Positions 52,199 through 61,800 of a DNA stretch of 64,000 nt are shown here, in pieces (position 1 is the first letter of the stretch; each line of letters starts with the position of its first letter). The notes beneath the pieces are model-generated. The model was not told where the DNA came from and ran no database searches. It saw nothing but the letters and a program-made list of their open reading frames with translations. The DNA is taken from NCBI GenBank assembly GCA_023262965.1, contig JALQXX010000004.1, positions 2,897 through 66,896 of the forward strand. Reading direction: 5' to 3'. The DNA comes from Candidatus Marinamargulisbacteria bacterium. Lineage in GTDB: Bacteria; Margulisbacteria; Marinamargulisbacteria; UBA817. A program made the translations under genes and the position numbers.

Positions 52199-52870
52199 AT
52201 GAATACAGATTATACAAAGCAATCTTCGGTTGACAATGAATTTGCATTTGATGATGGGGTCGGAAATGCATTAACCGAAAAAAATACATATACATTTAGT
52301 TGGGCAAAAACGGGTATCGCCTTGTTTATTGGACTGACGTTGATTATTTTTATTACGTTTGGATTATTGGAAATAGGTAAACGTATTATTGATATTGGAA
52401 CACCGGTTGTCGATTTTTCAAATGACATTGTATCGTTAGATAACTCCTTAACAGACCAACCTTCTGTTGATGGTTGGGACACCATACCCGAGACCGCTCC
52501 CCTTACCATTGAGCCGGATACAACCGTACTATCCACCCCGCCATCCGATGTGACGCCTCCCGTATCGTCACCACAAATTGCATCGTCACCCATAACCCCA
52601 TCCCCTATTGCGAATCCGTCACCATCCGCTACCCAACCCCTGTTATACCGTGTTATTGCCGGGAGCTTTACGAGCAAACCCAACGCCATTCAGGCGTTGA
52701 ATGCTTTAAAAAAGAAAAATATTGATGGGTATATATTGGATCGAGGGGATGTCGCATCCGGTGCCCGTTATCAGATTCAAGTCGGCGCATTCCAATCATT
52801 CAACTCCGCTAAAGATGCGGTGCAACGCTTTAAAAAAATGCGTATTGATACCTATATTACGGCACGATAG
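52199..52870 (+). CDS. SPOR-domain (septal peptidoglycan-binding) membrane protein
   Basis: 223 aa with one TM helix, a Pro/Ser/Thr-rich linker and a C-terminal SPOR-like fold (YRVIAGSF...YQIQVGAFQSFNSAKDAVQRFKK). Confidence 0.7.
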   Translation: MNTDYTKQSSVDNEFAFDDGVGNALTEKNTYTFSWAKTGIALFIGLTLIIFITFGLLEIGKRIIDIGTPVVDFSNDIVSLDNSLTDQPSVDGWDTIPETAPLTIEPDTTVLSTPPSDVTPPVSSPQIASSPITPSPIANPSPSATQPLLYRVIAGSFTSKPNAIQALNALKKKNIDGYILDRGDVASGARYQIQVGAFQSFNSAKDAVQRFKKMRIDTYITAR

Positions 52871-52878
52871 GGTGTGTT

Positions 52879-53466
52879 TTGCTGCCATTATGGGTTGCAT
52901 CATCATCACCACGACGACATGACTTACTCAGTCAATACCGTGTCCCTTTTATTGCCATTCCCAATCTGTTAGCGGTTGAACCCTCCCCAGAGTACCCCGA
53001 ATGCGGGATTCGTTATGCCGTTCGCTGCACAAAACAGAAAGTAACGGCATCGTATTCGGGCTATTCGGGTCTTATTATGGGCGTGGATACCGTTGTTGAA
53101 TGGCAGGGTCGCATTCTTGGAAAACCCGCGGACTCGTCCCAGGCCCTTTACCAGTTACAGGCGTTTATGGGAACAACCCATCGGGTGATATCAACCTGTG
53201 TTTTATGGGACACCCATCGTAATATATGGCTGTATTGTGTGGATTACGCTATTGTTTCAGTATCACTGGTTCCCGAATCCATACTAATTGACTACATTCA
53301 TCGTTATCCTGTATTGGATAAAGCCGGTGGATATGGTATTCAAGACAATCCCTCCTTTATTCACATTGCCTGGGGGGACCGCGCCACCATCATGGGGCTC
53401 CCCTTACGTCGATTATTAAAATTATTATATGGTTATGGTATAGTCAACGCATGGCAGTATCCGTAA
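52879..53466 (+). CDS. maf: Maf-like nucleoside triphosphate pyrophosphatase
   Basis: 195 aa with a TTG start, LWVASSSPRRHDLL and KAGGYGIQD. Confidence 0.85.
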   Translation: MLPLWVASSSPRRHDLLSQYRVPFIAIPNLLAVEPSPEYPECGIRYAVRCTKQKVTASYSGYSGLIMGVDTVVEWQGRILGKPADSSQALYQLQAFMGTTHRVISTCVLWDTHRNIWLYCVDYAIVSVSLVPESILIDYIHRYPVLDKAGGYGIQDNPSFIHIAWGDRATIMGLPLRRLLKLLYGYGIVNAWQYP

Positions 53467-54473
53467 CGCGTTTTATTCATAGTAATATTGGGATTGATCT
53501 TGGAACCGCCAATACACTGGTATACAAACATAATTACGGTATCATAATACGGGAACCCAGCGTTGTCGCCTTGAATCAACACAATCAAAAAGTGTTGGCT
53601 ATTGGTGAAAAAGCCTACGATATGGTTGGCAAAACACCCACATCCATTGTAGCCATTCGCCCTCTTCGAGATGGGGTCATTTCGGACTATCAAACAACCC
53701 AGGCCATGCTACAGCATTTTTTACGCTTAACCAACCCACGGTTTTATCAACGCATCCAATTGGTTGTTGGCATTCCGTATGGGATTACATCCGTTGAAAA
53801 ACGTGCCGTACGTGACGCGGCTCACATGGCGGGTGCCCACCGGTGTTTTTTAATCGATGAACCGTTAGCTGCCGCAATTGGTGCCGGACATGATATTTTT
53901 GAGCCCATGGGACGCTTAATTGTGGATATTGGTGGCGGAACCACCGAAGTCGCGGTTATTTCAATGGGGAGTATTGTATTATCCGAGTCGATCCGTATTG
54001 CGGGGGATAAAATGGACGAATCCATTATTCAGCATTGCCGAAAACATTATAACTTGCTTATTAGCGAACGATGTGCCGAACGCATTAAATGGACCATTGG
54101 TTCGGCTTTATCTTTGCAAAACGAAAAAAATACCGACGTATCTGGCCGTGATTTATTATCCGGACTACCCCGAACCTTTTCCATTTCATCAATGGAAATC
54201 CGCGATGCCATTGATGGCGCCATTCACGCCATTCTTGCGGCTATTCATCGCACATTGGAATCAACCCCGCCCGAACTATCTGCGGATATTTACAAAAATG
54301 GGATTACCTTAACCGGTGGGGGGGCCTTACTTCGAGGGCTATCCGATCATATTCAAAATCATATCCATATTCCCGTTCGTATTGCCAATGATCCGCTATC
54401 ATGCGTTGCATTAGGCACCGGAACCGTTTTGGGCCAACTCGATCGCTATTTGAAACACCAAATTATTCAGTAG
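53451..54473 (+). CDS. mreB: Rod-shape-determining actin homolog MreB
   Basis: 340 aa with IGIDLGTANTLVY, VDIGGGTTEVAVIS and GITLTGGGALLRGL. It overlaps maf by 16 nt. Confidence 0.95.
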   Translation: MAVSVTRFIHSNIGIDLGTANTLVYKHNYGIIIREPSVVALNQHNQKVLAIGEKAYDMVGKTPTSIVAIRPLRDGVISDYQTTQAMLQHFLRLTNPRFYQRIQLVVGIPYGITSVEKRAVRDAAHMAGAHRCFLIDEPLAAAIGAGHDIFEPMGRLIVDIGGGTTEVAVISMGSIVLSESIRIAGDKMDESIIQHCRKHYNLLISERCAERIKWTIGSALSLQNEKNTDVSGRDLLSGLPRTFSISSMEIRDAIDGAIHAILAAIHRTLESTPPELSADIYKNGITLTGGGALLRGLSDHIQNHIHIPVRIANDPLSCVALGTGTVLGQLDRYLKHQIIQ

Positions 54474-56145
54474 TATCAACGGCTAAGTATTTTACCGCCG
54501 CCATGCGCTCACAAACGTATGACCTGGGATCAAAATTGTAATACTTTGCTACAGAAGGACCACAGGTTAGCGTCATAACCGCCCGCATTAAGGCATCTTT
54601 TTGTGTGGTTAAAAACGTGTCAAATGAATCGGATTCATTGGATATGGTCTGAATATACCCCAATACATTGGTCCAATAGGGCACCAAAAACGCTGACGTA
54701 TCAACATGCACATACCCATCATTTTTTCGAAATTCACTTATTAAAAATTCCCGAATGACCGGGTATTTTACTGGCTTACCCGCAACCGTATATGTAGCCT
54801 GTTCACAAATCGATTTAATTTTTTGAATATCCGCATTGTATAACTGTATCAATTGGGAAATCAATGATGTCGATTGATGGGATGGGTACATTAAATCCGT
54901 TGCCATCATGTCAAAATCAATCCGATCTACTGTTATATACCGCGACAAAAACAGTGCCATTATATCGGAATACGTGTACATATACACATCATCCGTATTG
55001 TAAAACCAGGTATCTGACATGTACATGAGATACAGACGTTTGGCCCGATCCGGATCGGTTTGATTTAAAGCAATCATGTGTTGAAGGGGGCCTCGCAAAC
55101 CGTCGTTCAATGGCGCCACATCCGCAAGAAATTCCAACATAGCCGTATATATGGTTTCCCCATATAATTTGGTTGCTTCACCAATCGCATTGGTTTCCCC
55201 CGAAAGAACCGTGTTTTGTATAATACCGTGCCCCAATTCATGGTGCAAAATGATATCCGCCATATCATTAATAAACGCATTCTGTTTTTGAACCAACTGT
55301 TTTTTAGATGAAATTTTCCATAATTCCAAGACTTTTTGTTTAAGACCTTCAGCAATATTCCAATAAATATCCGTGTAAATGGTCATAATATCCAAATCAT
55401 CATAATCAAAAATTTGCAACCATTTTTGAGAAAAAATAATTTGCAGTACATCCAACCGAATGTACACATTATTGCGCCCGATAATCGCTGCCATCGACAT
55501 AACATTATTTGGGGTTCGAATATACTCTTTGTTGATAAATGTAACAAGGTACCCATGGTACTCTTTTTGGGTACCACGCCCCATAATAATTTCAAAATGA
55601 CGCCCATATTGACCCACGTGCAAAAATTTCTGAGACCCCGCAAAAACCAAATACTGATTCAGATGCATGGCCTTAAATGCATCCATACTCTTACCAAACA
55701 ATTTGAATTTAAATGTGCGAAGCTGCTGCTTAGCCGCTTCCGCAGTCATTGAATGAATACCCAGTTTTTTGATCGTATGGGCCACTTTTTTTGAAAATTC
55801 ATCGGAATGCTCGGCCGTTAAATGCGTTTGCGGATCGATAGACAACACGTTTCGACAAAACGCCGCTTTGACTTGCTGCTCACCCGGCTCCCCCCAATCA
55901 TTGGAGACCATCATGTAGTGGTACATTAAATAGGCATAATACACCACGTGCTCATAGATTGTTTTTTCAATTTTTTTAATGAATAACAAATGCTCTTTAT
56001 CATCCAAAACAAGATCGTTAGCCTTACAATAATCAACTAGTGTTTTGTAGCGATTAATCTTTGATTTATCAAAAAAAATATCAGAAACTGCATGACAAAT
56101 ATTTTGCTTCTCATCCAAAAGTGCCAGTTTTTTCATATGTACCAT
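54463..56145 (-). CDS. Orphan cytoplasmic protein with an HExxH zinc-metallopeptidase motif
   Basis: About 560 aa with no signal peptide. HELGH is encoded at 55242..55228 (ILHHELGHGIIQN), with a downstream Glu-rich helix (MLEFLADVAP). The start is ambiguous (56172 TTG, 56145 or 56136 ATG). Confidence 0.5.
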   Translation of the reverse strand: MVHMKKLALLDEKQNICHAVSDIFFDKSKINRYKTLVDYCKANDLVLDDKEHLLFIKKIEKTIYEHVVYYAYLMYHYMMVSNDWGEPGEQQVKAAFCRNVLSIDPQTHLTAEHSDEFSKKVAHTIKKLGIHSMTAEAAKQQLRTFKFKLFGKSMDAFKAMHLNQYLVFAGSQKFLHVGQYGRHFEIIMGRGTQKEYHGYLVTFINKEYIRTPNNVMSMAAIIGRNNVYIRLDVLQIIFSQKWLQIFDYDDLDIMTIYTDIYWNIAEGLKQKVLELWKISSKKQLVQKQNAFINDMADIILHHELGHGIIQNTVLSGETNAIGEATKLYGETIYTAMLEFLADVAPLNDGLRGPLQHMIALNQTDPDRAKRLYLMYMSDTWFYNTDDVYMYTYSDIMALFLSRYITVDRIDFDMMATDLMYPSHQSTSLISQLIQLYNADIQKIKSICEQATYTVAGKPVKYPVIREFLISEFRKNDGYVHVDTSAFLVPYWTNVLGYIQTISNESDSFDTFLTTQKDALMRAVMTLTCGPSVAKYYNFDPRSYVCERMAAVKYLAVDTTE

Positions 56146-56221
56146 AGTAATTCTACGGCCATATTTAAGCAAGAATTTCGCAAAACAGATTGTTGCAGTG
56201 CTGGCCCCAACTATAAAAAAG

Positions 56222-56250
56222 TTGACAAAATTTAAAATCTATTGTATTTT
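56222..56250 (+). promoter_or_regulatory. Candidate sigma-70 promoter for the ARM-like gene
   Basis: TTGACA (56222-56227), a 17-nt spacer, then TATTTT (56245-56250). This would leave a very short leader before the TTG start at 56262. Confidence 0.3.
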
Positions 56251-56261
56251 TTTAAAAATAA

Positions 56262-57479
56262 TTGGAGAAAAAAATAAGGTCAATAAACATTCAACTATCA
56301 CAAAGAAGCGGCCCCCAACTAGAGACACTCCGTAATCAATCACCTGCTGCAAGCGGCCGCGCTACATCCGCTAATCGGCGTTCCCCATCCCCCAACAGAA
56401 CGCTGATACCCACATCCGACTTAATCCAATCCGTTACGACCGAACCGGGCTTTTCCGAGACAGAAAAAATTAAAGCGGTGGATTTAATCAGTCCACCCGG
56501 CTCGTGTGACATGGTCAACGAAGCCACCATTGCAGCACTCACAGGGGTATTAAAGAGCGGTATTCCTTCCGATAAAAAAGTGGCGGTACATATATTATTA
56601 AAATTACTATATTTGTCAAAAAAAAATGATGAGTTATTATTGTGGTACAAATCCAATATTTTAACAGATGCGAATACCCATTTGATCCCCCTTTTGAATA
56701 ATTCAGAGCCGGATCTTCTGGCAGATATTACCCGTCTCATGATGACCCTCATGACAAAAAATCCCTCCAGTCACGAAAAACTCCTATCCAATGGGTTGAC
56801 TGATGCACTCAACACCATGTTTGAGGATGAACAACGCATAAGCAGTGCTATTAAAATAGCGGTTTTTACATCGGCATTAAATGCGGCGAACACCATTCTA
56901 AAAAAAGATGACACAATTTTAAAAATATTTTACCACGCCATACCCCCTTCAACCGTTTCATGTGATGCAGACACACCATCAATCGCCAGTATTGTGATAT
57001 TAGGCAACCTGTGCATGCATCCAGACGTCGCTAAAAAAATTTGTTCCTTGGGGGGCATTGAACTATTGACATGTCTCATCAACAATCAGCAAAATGCCTA
57101 TGCGCAATTCAATGCATTGATCGCATTGAATAGCATCATCGTATCGGGATCACCGGATCATGCCATTGTGATTCAAAAGGCCATTGACTGGAATGCGATC
57201 CCCCGCTTATTCAGCAATTTAAATCAACACGTTTTAGAAAGCCCTATGAAACATGAAAAATCCCCCGCGCACTTGATACAGCATGCGCTTCATGCGTTAA
57301 ACACCATTGTACGCAATGCCAGCGACGATATTACGTCAAGCATAACAGCAATTACCCCACTTCGGAATTGTCTGATTAACTACAGCGCCCATGAATCTGC
57401 GATTTATTGTGCAGCCGCTAAGGATCTACTGGTATCCTTAAACCTGCTGCCATCGCATGTATCATCCCAACAATTGTAG
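56262..57479 (+). CDS. Armadillo/HEAT-like alpha-solenoid protein with a disordered S/P/R-rich N-terminus
   Basis: 405 aa with a TTG start. The N-terminal region of about 70 aa is low complexity (SGPQLETLRNQSPAASGRATSANRRSPSPNR). ARM-like units follow, for example ILGNLCMHPDVAKKICSLGGIELLTCLINNQQNAYAQFNALIALNSII. Confidence 0.55.
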   Translation: MEKKIRSINIQLSQRSGPQLETLRNQSPAASGRATSANRRSPSPNRTLIPTSDLIQSVTTEPGFSETEKIKAVDLISPPGSCDMVNEATIAALTGVLKSGIPSDKKVAVHILLKLLYLSKKNDELLLWYKSNILTDANTHLIPLLNNSEPDLLADITRLMMTLMTKNPSSHEKLLSNGLTDALNTMFEDEQRISSAIKIAVFTSALNAANTILKKDDTILKIFYHAIPPSTVSCDADTPSIASIVILGNLCMHPDVAKKICSLGGIELLTCLINNQQNAYAQFNALIALNSIIVSGSPDHAIVIQKAIDWNAIPRLFSNLNQHVLESPMKHEKSPAHLIQHALHALNTIVRNASDDITSSITAITPLRNCLINYSAHESAIYCAAAKDLLVSLNLLPSHVSSQQL

Positions 57480-57551
57480 ATAGCCCGCCATTAAACTAGC
57501 CCCCAGTCGCATTAACGCATGGGGGCATTTGTATCGATAATACCCCCCAGA

Positions 57552-57917
57552 ATGCGATATCTGTATTGGTGTATTATTGGCCTAAGTACCTGCCTGTATG
57601 GCATTAATTTTGACATCCAAGCCATTCGGGTTGGCCCCAATCCATTGATTCAATCCCGTGATGGCTTGGCGATTAATTATGTCGCGACCATGCCCCATCA
57701 ATCCCATTATTACTTGATTTCCCCCACCGGGGCCATTGTGTGGCAGCACCAGTACGAGGCCAATACCCCCCGTGTGAGCGCTGCGGGGGAATGCCAATTC
57801 AACCTAATCCCCAATCATGTTCTTCAGGAATTACCCCCGCAATTGTATATTTTGATGAGTCAATTTATAACAGAATCCAAGACCATTCGCCATAAACAAT
57901 ATGTCATTCTTAAGTAA
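57552..57917 (+). CDS. Small secreted protein, FlgD-Ig / T9SS-sorting-domain-like beta-sandwich
   Basis: The start is taken at MRYLYWCIIGLSTCLYG (signal-like). VGPNPL....LAINYVATMPHQSHYYLISPTGAIVW resembles the pNPf...i.Y.l......l.i.d..G..v pattern. It overlaps the next gene by 17 nt. Confidence 0.4.
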   Translation: MRYLYWCIIGLSTCLYGINFDIQAIRVGPNPLIQSRDGLAINYVATMPHQSHYYLISPTGAIVWQHQYEANTPRVSAAGECQFNLIPNHVLQELPPQLYILMSQFITESKTIRHKQYVILK

Positions 57918-58818
57918 GATTGGCGGCATTCTACTCATCAGTATGGCCGGCTGGGGCTTAACCACTCAAGACACCCCCCTGTTCAACCCCCATCTATCGG
58001 CCACCAACTTGGGGTTGGGGCAATCCGCAACCGCATCCCAAGAAGGCATCGAATTTATGCTTCAAAATCCCGCCAGCATTACCGATCAGCAAAGCATCGC
58101 CTTTCAGGCCAGTCGGTATTTGGGAATTGACTACAACGCCATGGCCTTTACATTTCCCATATATGGGATCAATCTGGGCATCCATTATTTGGGCGCTTAC
58201 CTACCCAATATTCAACGGTCCATTCGATCCGATAATGATGTGATTGTGAATCTGGACGATACGGTTCCTTATGAATTTCATCATGTATCGGTGTGCTTGG
58301 CCAAACGTTTTTGGGGCGTTTATGTTGGCGTCGGGGCCAATTATCAAATCCTTCGGTTAGATGATCGTCAATTAAACGCACTCAAACAATTTGCTGGCAT
58401 ACAGGTATCCTTATTACCAGGACTCACCGCTGGCGCGTCCATTCAAAATTTTTCCAACACCCCCTCATCCGGAAACGCACTTCAATCACCCGATCCCATA
58501 ACCGCGCTGGGGGTATCCGTAGACATATCCCCTCAAACACGGATGAATATTGCGATTATTCACAATAAAAATACAATTGCCACACACCCCACCTTGCATT
58601 ACGGTATTTCGCATTATATTACCGACTATTTGCCCATTCGATTGGGATTGGATCACAATCGATTCAGTGCCGGCCTTGGATTTAGCATGGAGCCCCTTCA
58701 TATTAACGTCGGTTGGGCCCAATCCATTGATGCCATCACCGAAAATCAATGGATGATGGGCATTGTATACGATATATCCACCACACCATTGTCTAAAAAA
58801 TTCATTCAACAACCATAG
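57901..58818 (+). CDS. Outer-membrane beta-barrel candidate (PorV/PorQ/FadL-like)
   Basis: 305 aa with a signal peptide (GGILLISMAGWG). The N-terminal LGLGQSATAS...MLQNPASI matches the G.a..A...d......NPA motif of PorV/PorQ-type barrels. Many amphipathic strands follow. Confidence 0.45.
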   Translation: MSFLSKIGGILLISMAGWGLTTQDTPLFNPHLSATNLGLGQSATASQEGIEFMLQNPASITDQQSIAFQASRYLGIDYNAMAFTFPIYGINLGIHYLGAYLPNIQRSIRSDNDVIVNLDDTVPYEFHHVSVCLAKRFWGVYVGVGANYQILRLDDRQLNALKQFAGIQVSLLPGLTAGASIQNFSNTPSSGNALQSPDPITALGVSVDISPQTRMNIAIIHNKNTIATHPTLHYGISHYITDYLPIRLGLDHNRFSAGLGFSMEPLHINVGWAQSIDAITENQWMMGIVYDISTTPLSKKFIQQP

Positions 58819-58897
58819 CCATAATCCCCTACCATGTTTAACCACAACCCAAATCGGGAATAAATCCAATAATGATTGTTAACGTATTGATAAACAA

Positions 58898-61800
58898 ATG
58901 AACCAAAATAAAATTGTATTGCTGGTAATCCTGACCCTACTATCTTTTGGTATTTGGAGCGCGTCGCCATCAACCATGGTGGTTCAGGCCCGTGTCTTTG
59001 TGAATGGGGTTAGCAATTATACGGGGACACTGGATATGATTATTGGTATTTACCATCCAGACAACGACACCGATTCACTTTGGTCCGAGAAGCAATCCCG
59101 TATTCCAATTACCAATGGCCAATTTTCCACCGTTATCGGCCAAACAAACCCCATTGACCCAGCCATTTTTGATAATCTGGATTTGCGTATTGGGTTTGCC
59201 CCTTACCAAAACAATCAACCATTAGCCCCCACATTTATCGACTTAAAGTCAACCCCATACGCCTTTCATAGCGAACGCGCCAATTATGCCAATCGATTGG
59301 CCAATGAAAGCCTACTTAAATTGGATGAAACAAACCTGCGTGTGGGTATTAATACGGAAGACCCCGCGTATACCCTGGATGTGAATGGCACGGTGAATGC
59401 CACCGAATTTATTGGGGATGGATCCCAACTGACCAATATTCAAATATCCGATGAACGGCTTGTTTGGTCGCAATCCGATACCCCTGGCGATATTTATTAC
59501 GATGGCGGCAATGTCGGGATTAATACCGACACGCCCTCGGCGTTTTTAGAGGTTAGTGGGAATGCGGTTATTAGCGGCAATTTAACCGTTTTGGGAACCC
59601 TCAATGCCACGTATTTAAAAGGCGATGGATCCTTTATTACCAATTTAAATGCCAATGAATTGTCATCTGGAACACTGCATAGCGATCGATTGGTTGGCGA
59701 CTACCCCAATATTACTGGTCTGGGAACCATCACCAGCGGAACATGGCAAGCAACGCGCATTGACAATGCGTATATTGATCCCACATTAACCTTAGATGGC
59801 GCCACATTGAAAGGGGAAAATTTTGTATCTGGCAATATAACGCTTTTGGGGTCAACCATTATTACGGGCAATCATACCTTAGCGATTGAATCGCCCTCAT
59901 GGAATATTGAGGCCGACGGCCGTTTAACCGTAGCTTCCTTGCGCGTGGGTAAAACCACCCTATCAACCAATGGCATTCACAGTGAGTCGAGCAATGGTTT
60001 TTCGATATCCACTGGGGAATCCATTGTGTTTCTATCACCTACTGGATCAATTGGTATCAATACACGGGCGCCTGCTGCTGAATTTCATGTCAATGGGGGG
60101 CTTTTATTGGGGGATTCGGCCGTTGAATCCAATGGAATGATTCGATTCAAGGAGAACCAATTTCAGGGGTTTCGAAACAATGAATGGGTTCAATTGGATT
60201 ATGTCGCTGATTTTGATCCGCATGCGCTACATGCCGAAGGTGATAAAACTAAAAATGTCGTGTACGTAACATCGAAAGGCAATGTCGGTATTGGGGGCAT
60301 TTCACCCGACAATATTACCGATCATCTAACCACCAGCGGAAACGTTGTTTTCAAAGGCTATTCGCTGGGCAGTGAATTGCCGGATTTATCGGTCCGTGGA
60401 ACCGGAACACGGTTAATATGGTATCCCAAAAAAACCGCCTTTCGTGCCGGATTTGCCGATACGGATGAATGGGATGATGCCAATATTGGGATTAACAGTG
60501 TGGTATTTGGGCATTCTGGAAAAGCGGATGCCGAAAACACAACCATTATTGGCGGACAATCCAATACCAATAGCGGGAAATCCAGCGTTATTGTTGGTGG
60601 ATCGTCCAATACCATTCGCGACGGCGTCACATTTTCGACGATTATTGGCGGGGGGTCTTCTTCGGAGGGCGGGAATACCATTGAATCCGGCAATTTTAGC
60701 ACCATTGTTTCGGGACATTCGAATACAATACGTGGCAATTACGCCACAATACTGGGCGGTAGTAACAACACCGTTAATGCAGACTATAGTGTTGCGATGG
60801 GAAGCAACATTACCATTGCCCATCCCGGAACCATTATTTTTTCGGATGGACAAGAGAAACGTGAATCAACCAGCCCTTTTCAATTTTTAATTTTTGCCGA
60901 GGGCAATGTCGGTATCAATCGATTGCCCCAACCCGATGTCACCCTATCCGTATACGGCCCCGTTGAAGCCACGTATTTTATTGGAGATGGTAGTCAATTA
61001 ACCAATATTTCTGCCATCCAGCTTGACGGGCATAGTACATCGTTACATTCTACACCTGGACATATTTACGTAAGCGACAATGAGGGTTATTTACCCGAGG
61101 GCAGTGTATCGGGACTCTCCATTAAAGACGAAAGCATTACCGCCGCAGACATTCAAAATGAATCGATATCCGGCGATAAATTAGTGCCGTATGCCATTAC
61201 ACGATCCAAGATTCAAGACGGCGCTATTACAGCCGAAAAAATCGCCAACGATGCTATTACAACCGAAAAAATCCAAAATAATGCCATTACATCGGAGCAT
61301 ATCCGGGATGGTAGCATTGTATCAAAAAATATCGCCGATAATGCCGTTACCACCCGTCATATTGTAAACAAGGCCGTCACCAATGAAAAGCTGGCCTTAA
61401 ATACCATTGATTCGAGTCGAATTGTGGATGAGAGCATTACCTCAAGCGATATTGCCGTTGGCGCCATTACCAGTGTCAACATTGCGGTAAACGCTATTCA
61501 ATCGCATCATATTGCTAGCGAAACCGTTGGCCCCGATAATATTGCCAACAACGCTATTCAAATGCAACACATTAGCGAACGTGCGATTGAAAATCGTCAT
61601 CTGGCCGATGGTAGCGTCGATACAACGCACATTGTGAATGAATCCATTACATCGGAGCATATTGCCCCCAATGCCATTCAGGGCATTCACATTGACGACG
61701 CTACCATCACAAATGATCGCATTGCCGATAACAGCATTGTGAGTGCCAAAATTGCAGAAAATGCCATTGAGGGTACGCATTTGCCCGATAACATTATTGA

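Noticed and set aside
57499-57526. GCCCCC/GGGGGC hairpin after the ARM-like gene as a terminator
   Set aside because: The stem is 6 bp with a 16-nt loop and only a weak ATTT tail. It also overlaps a possible alternative ATG (57519) of the next gene. Too weak to call.
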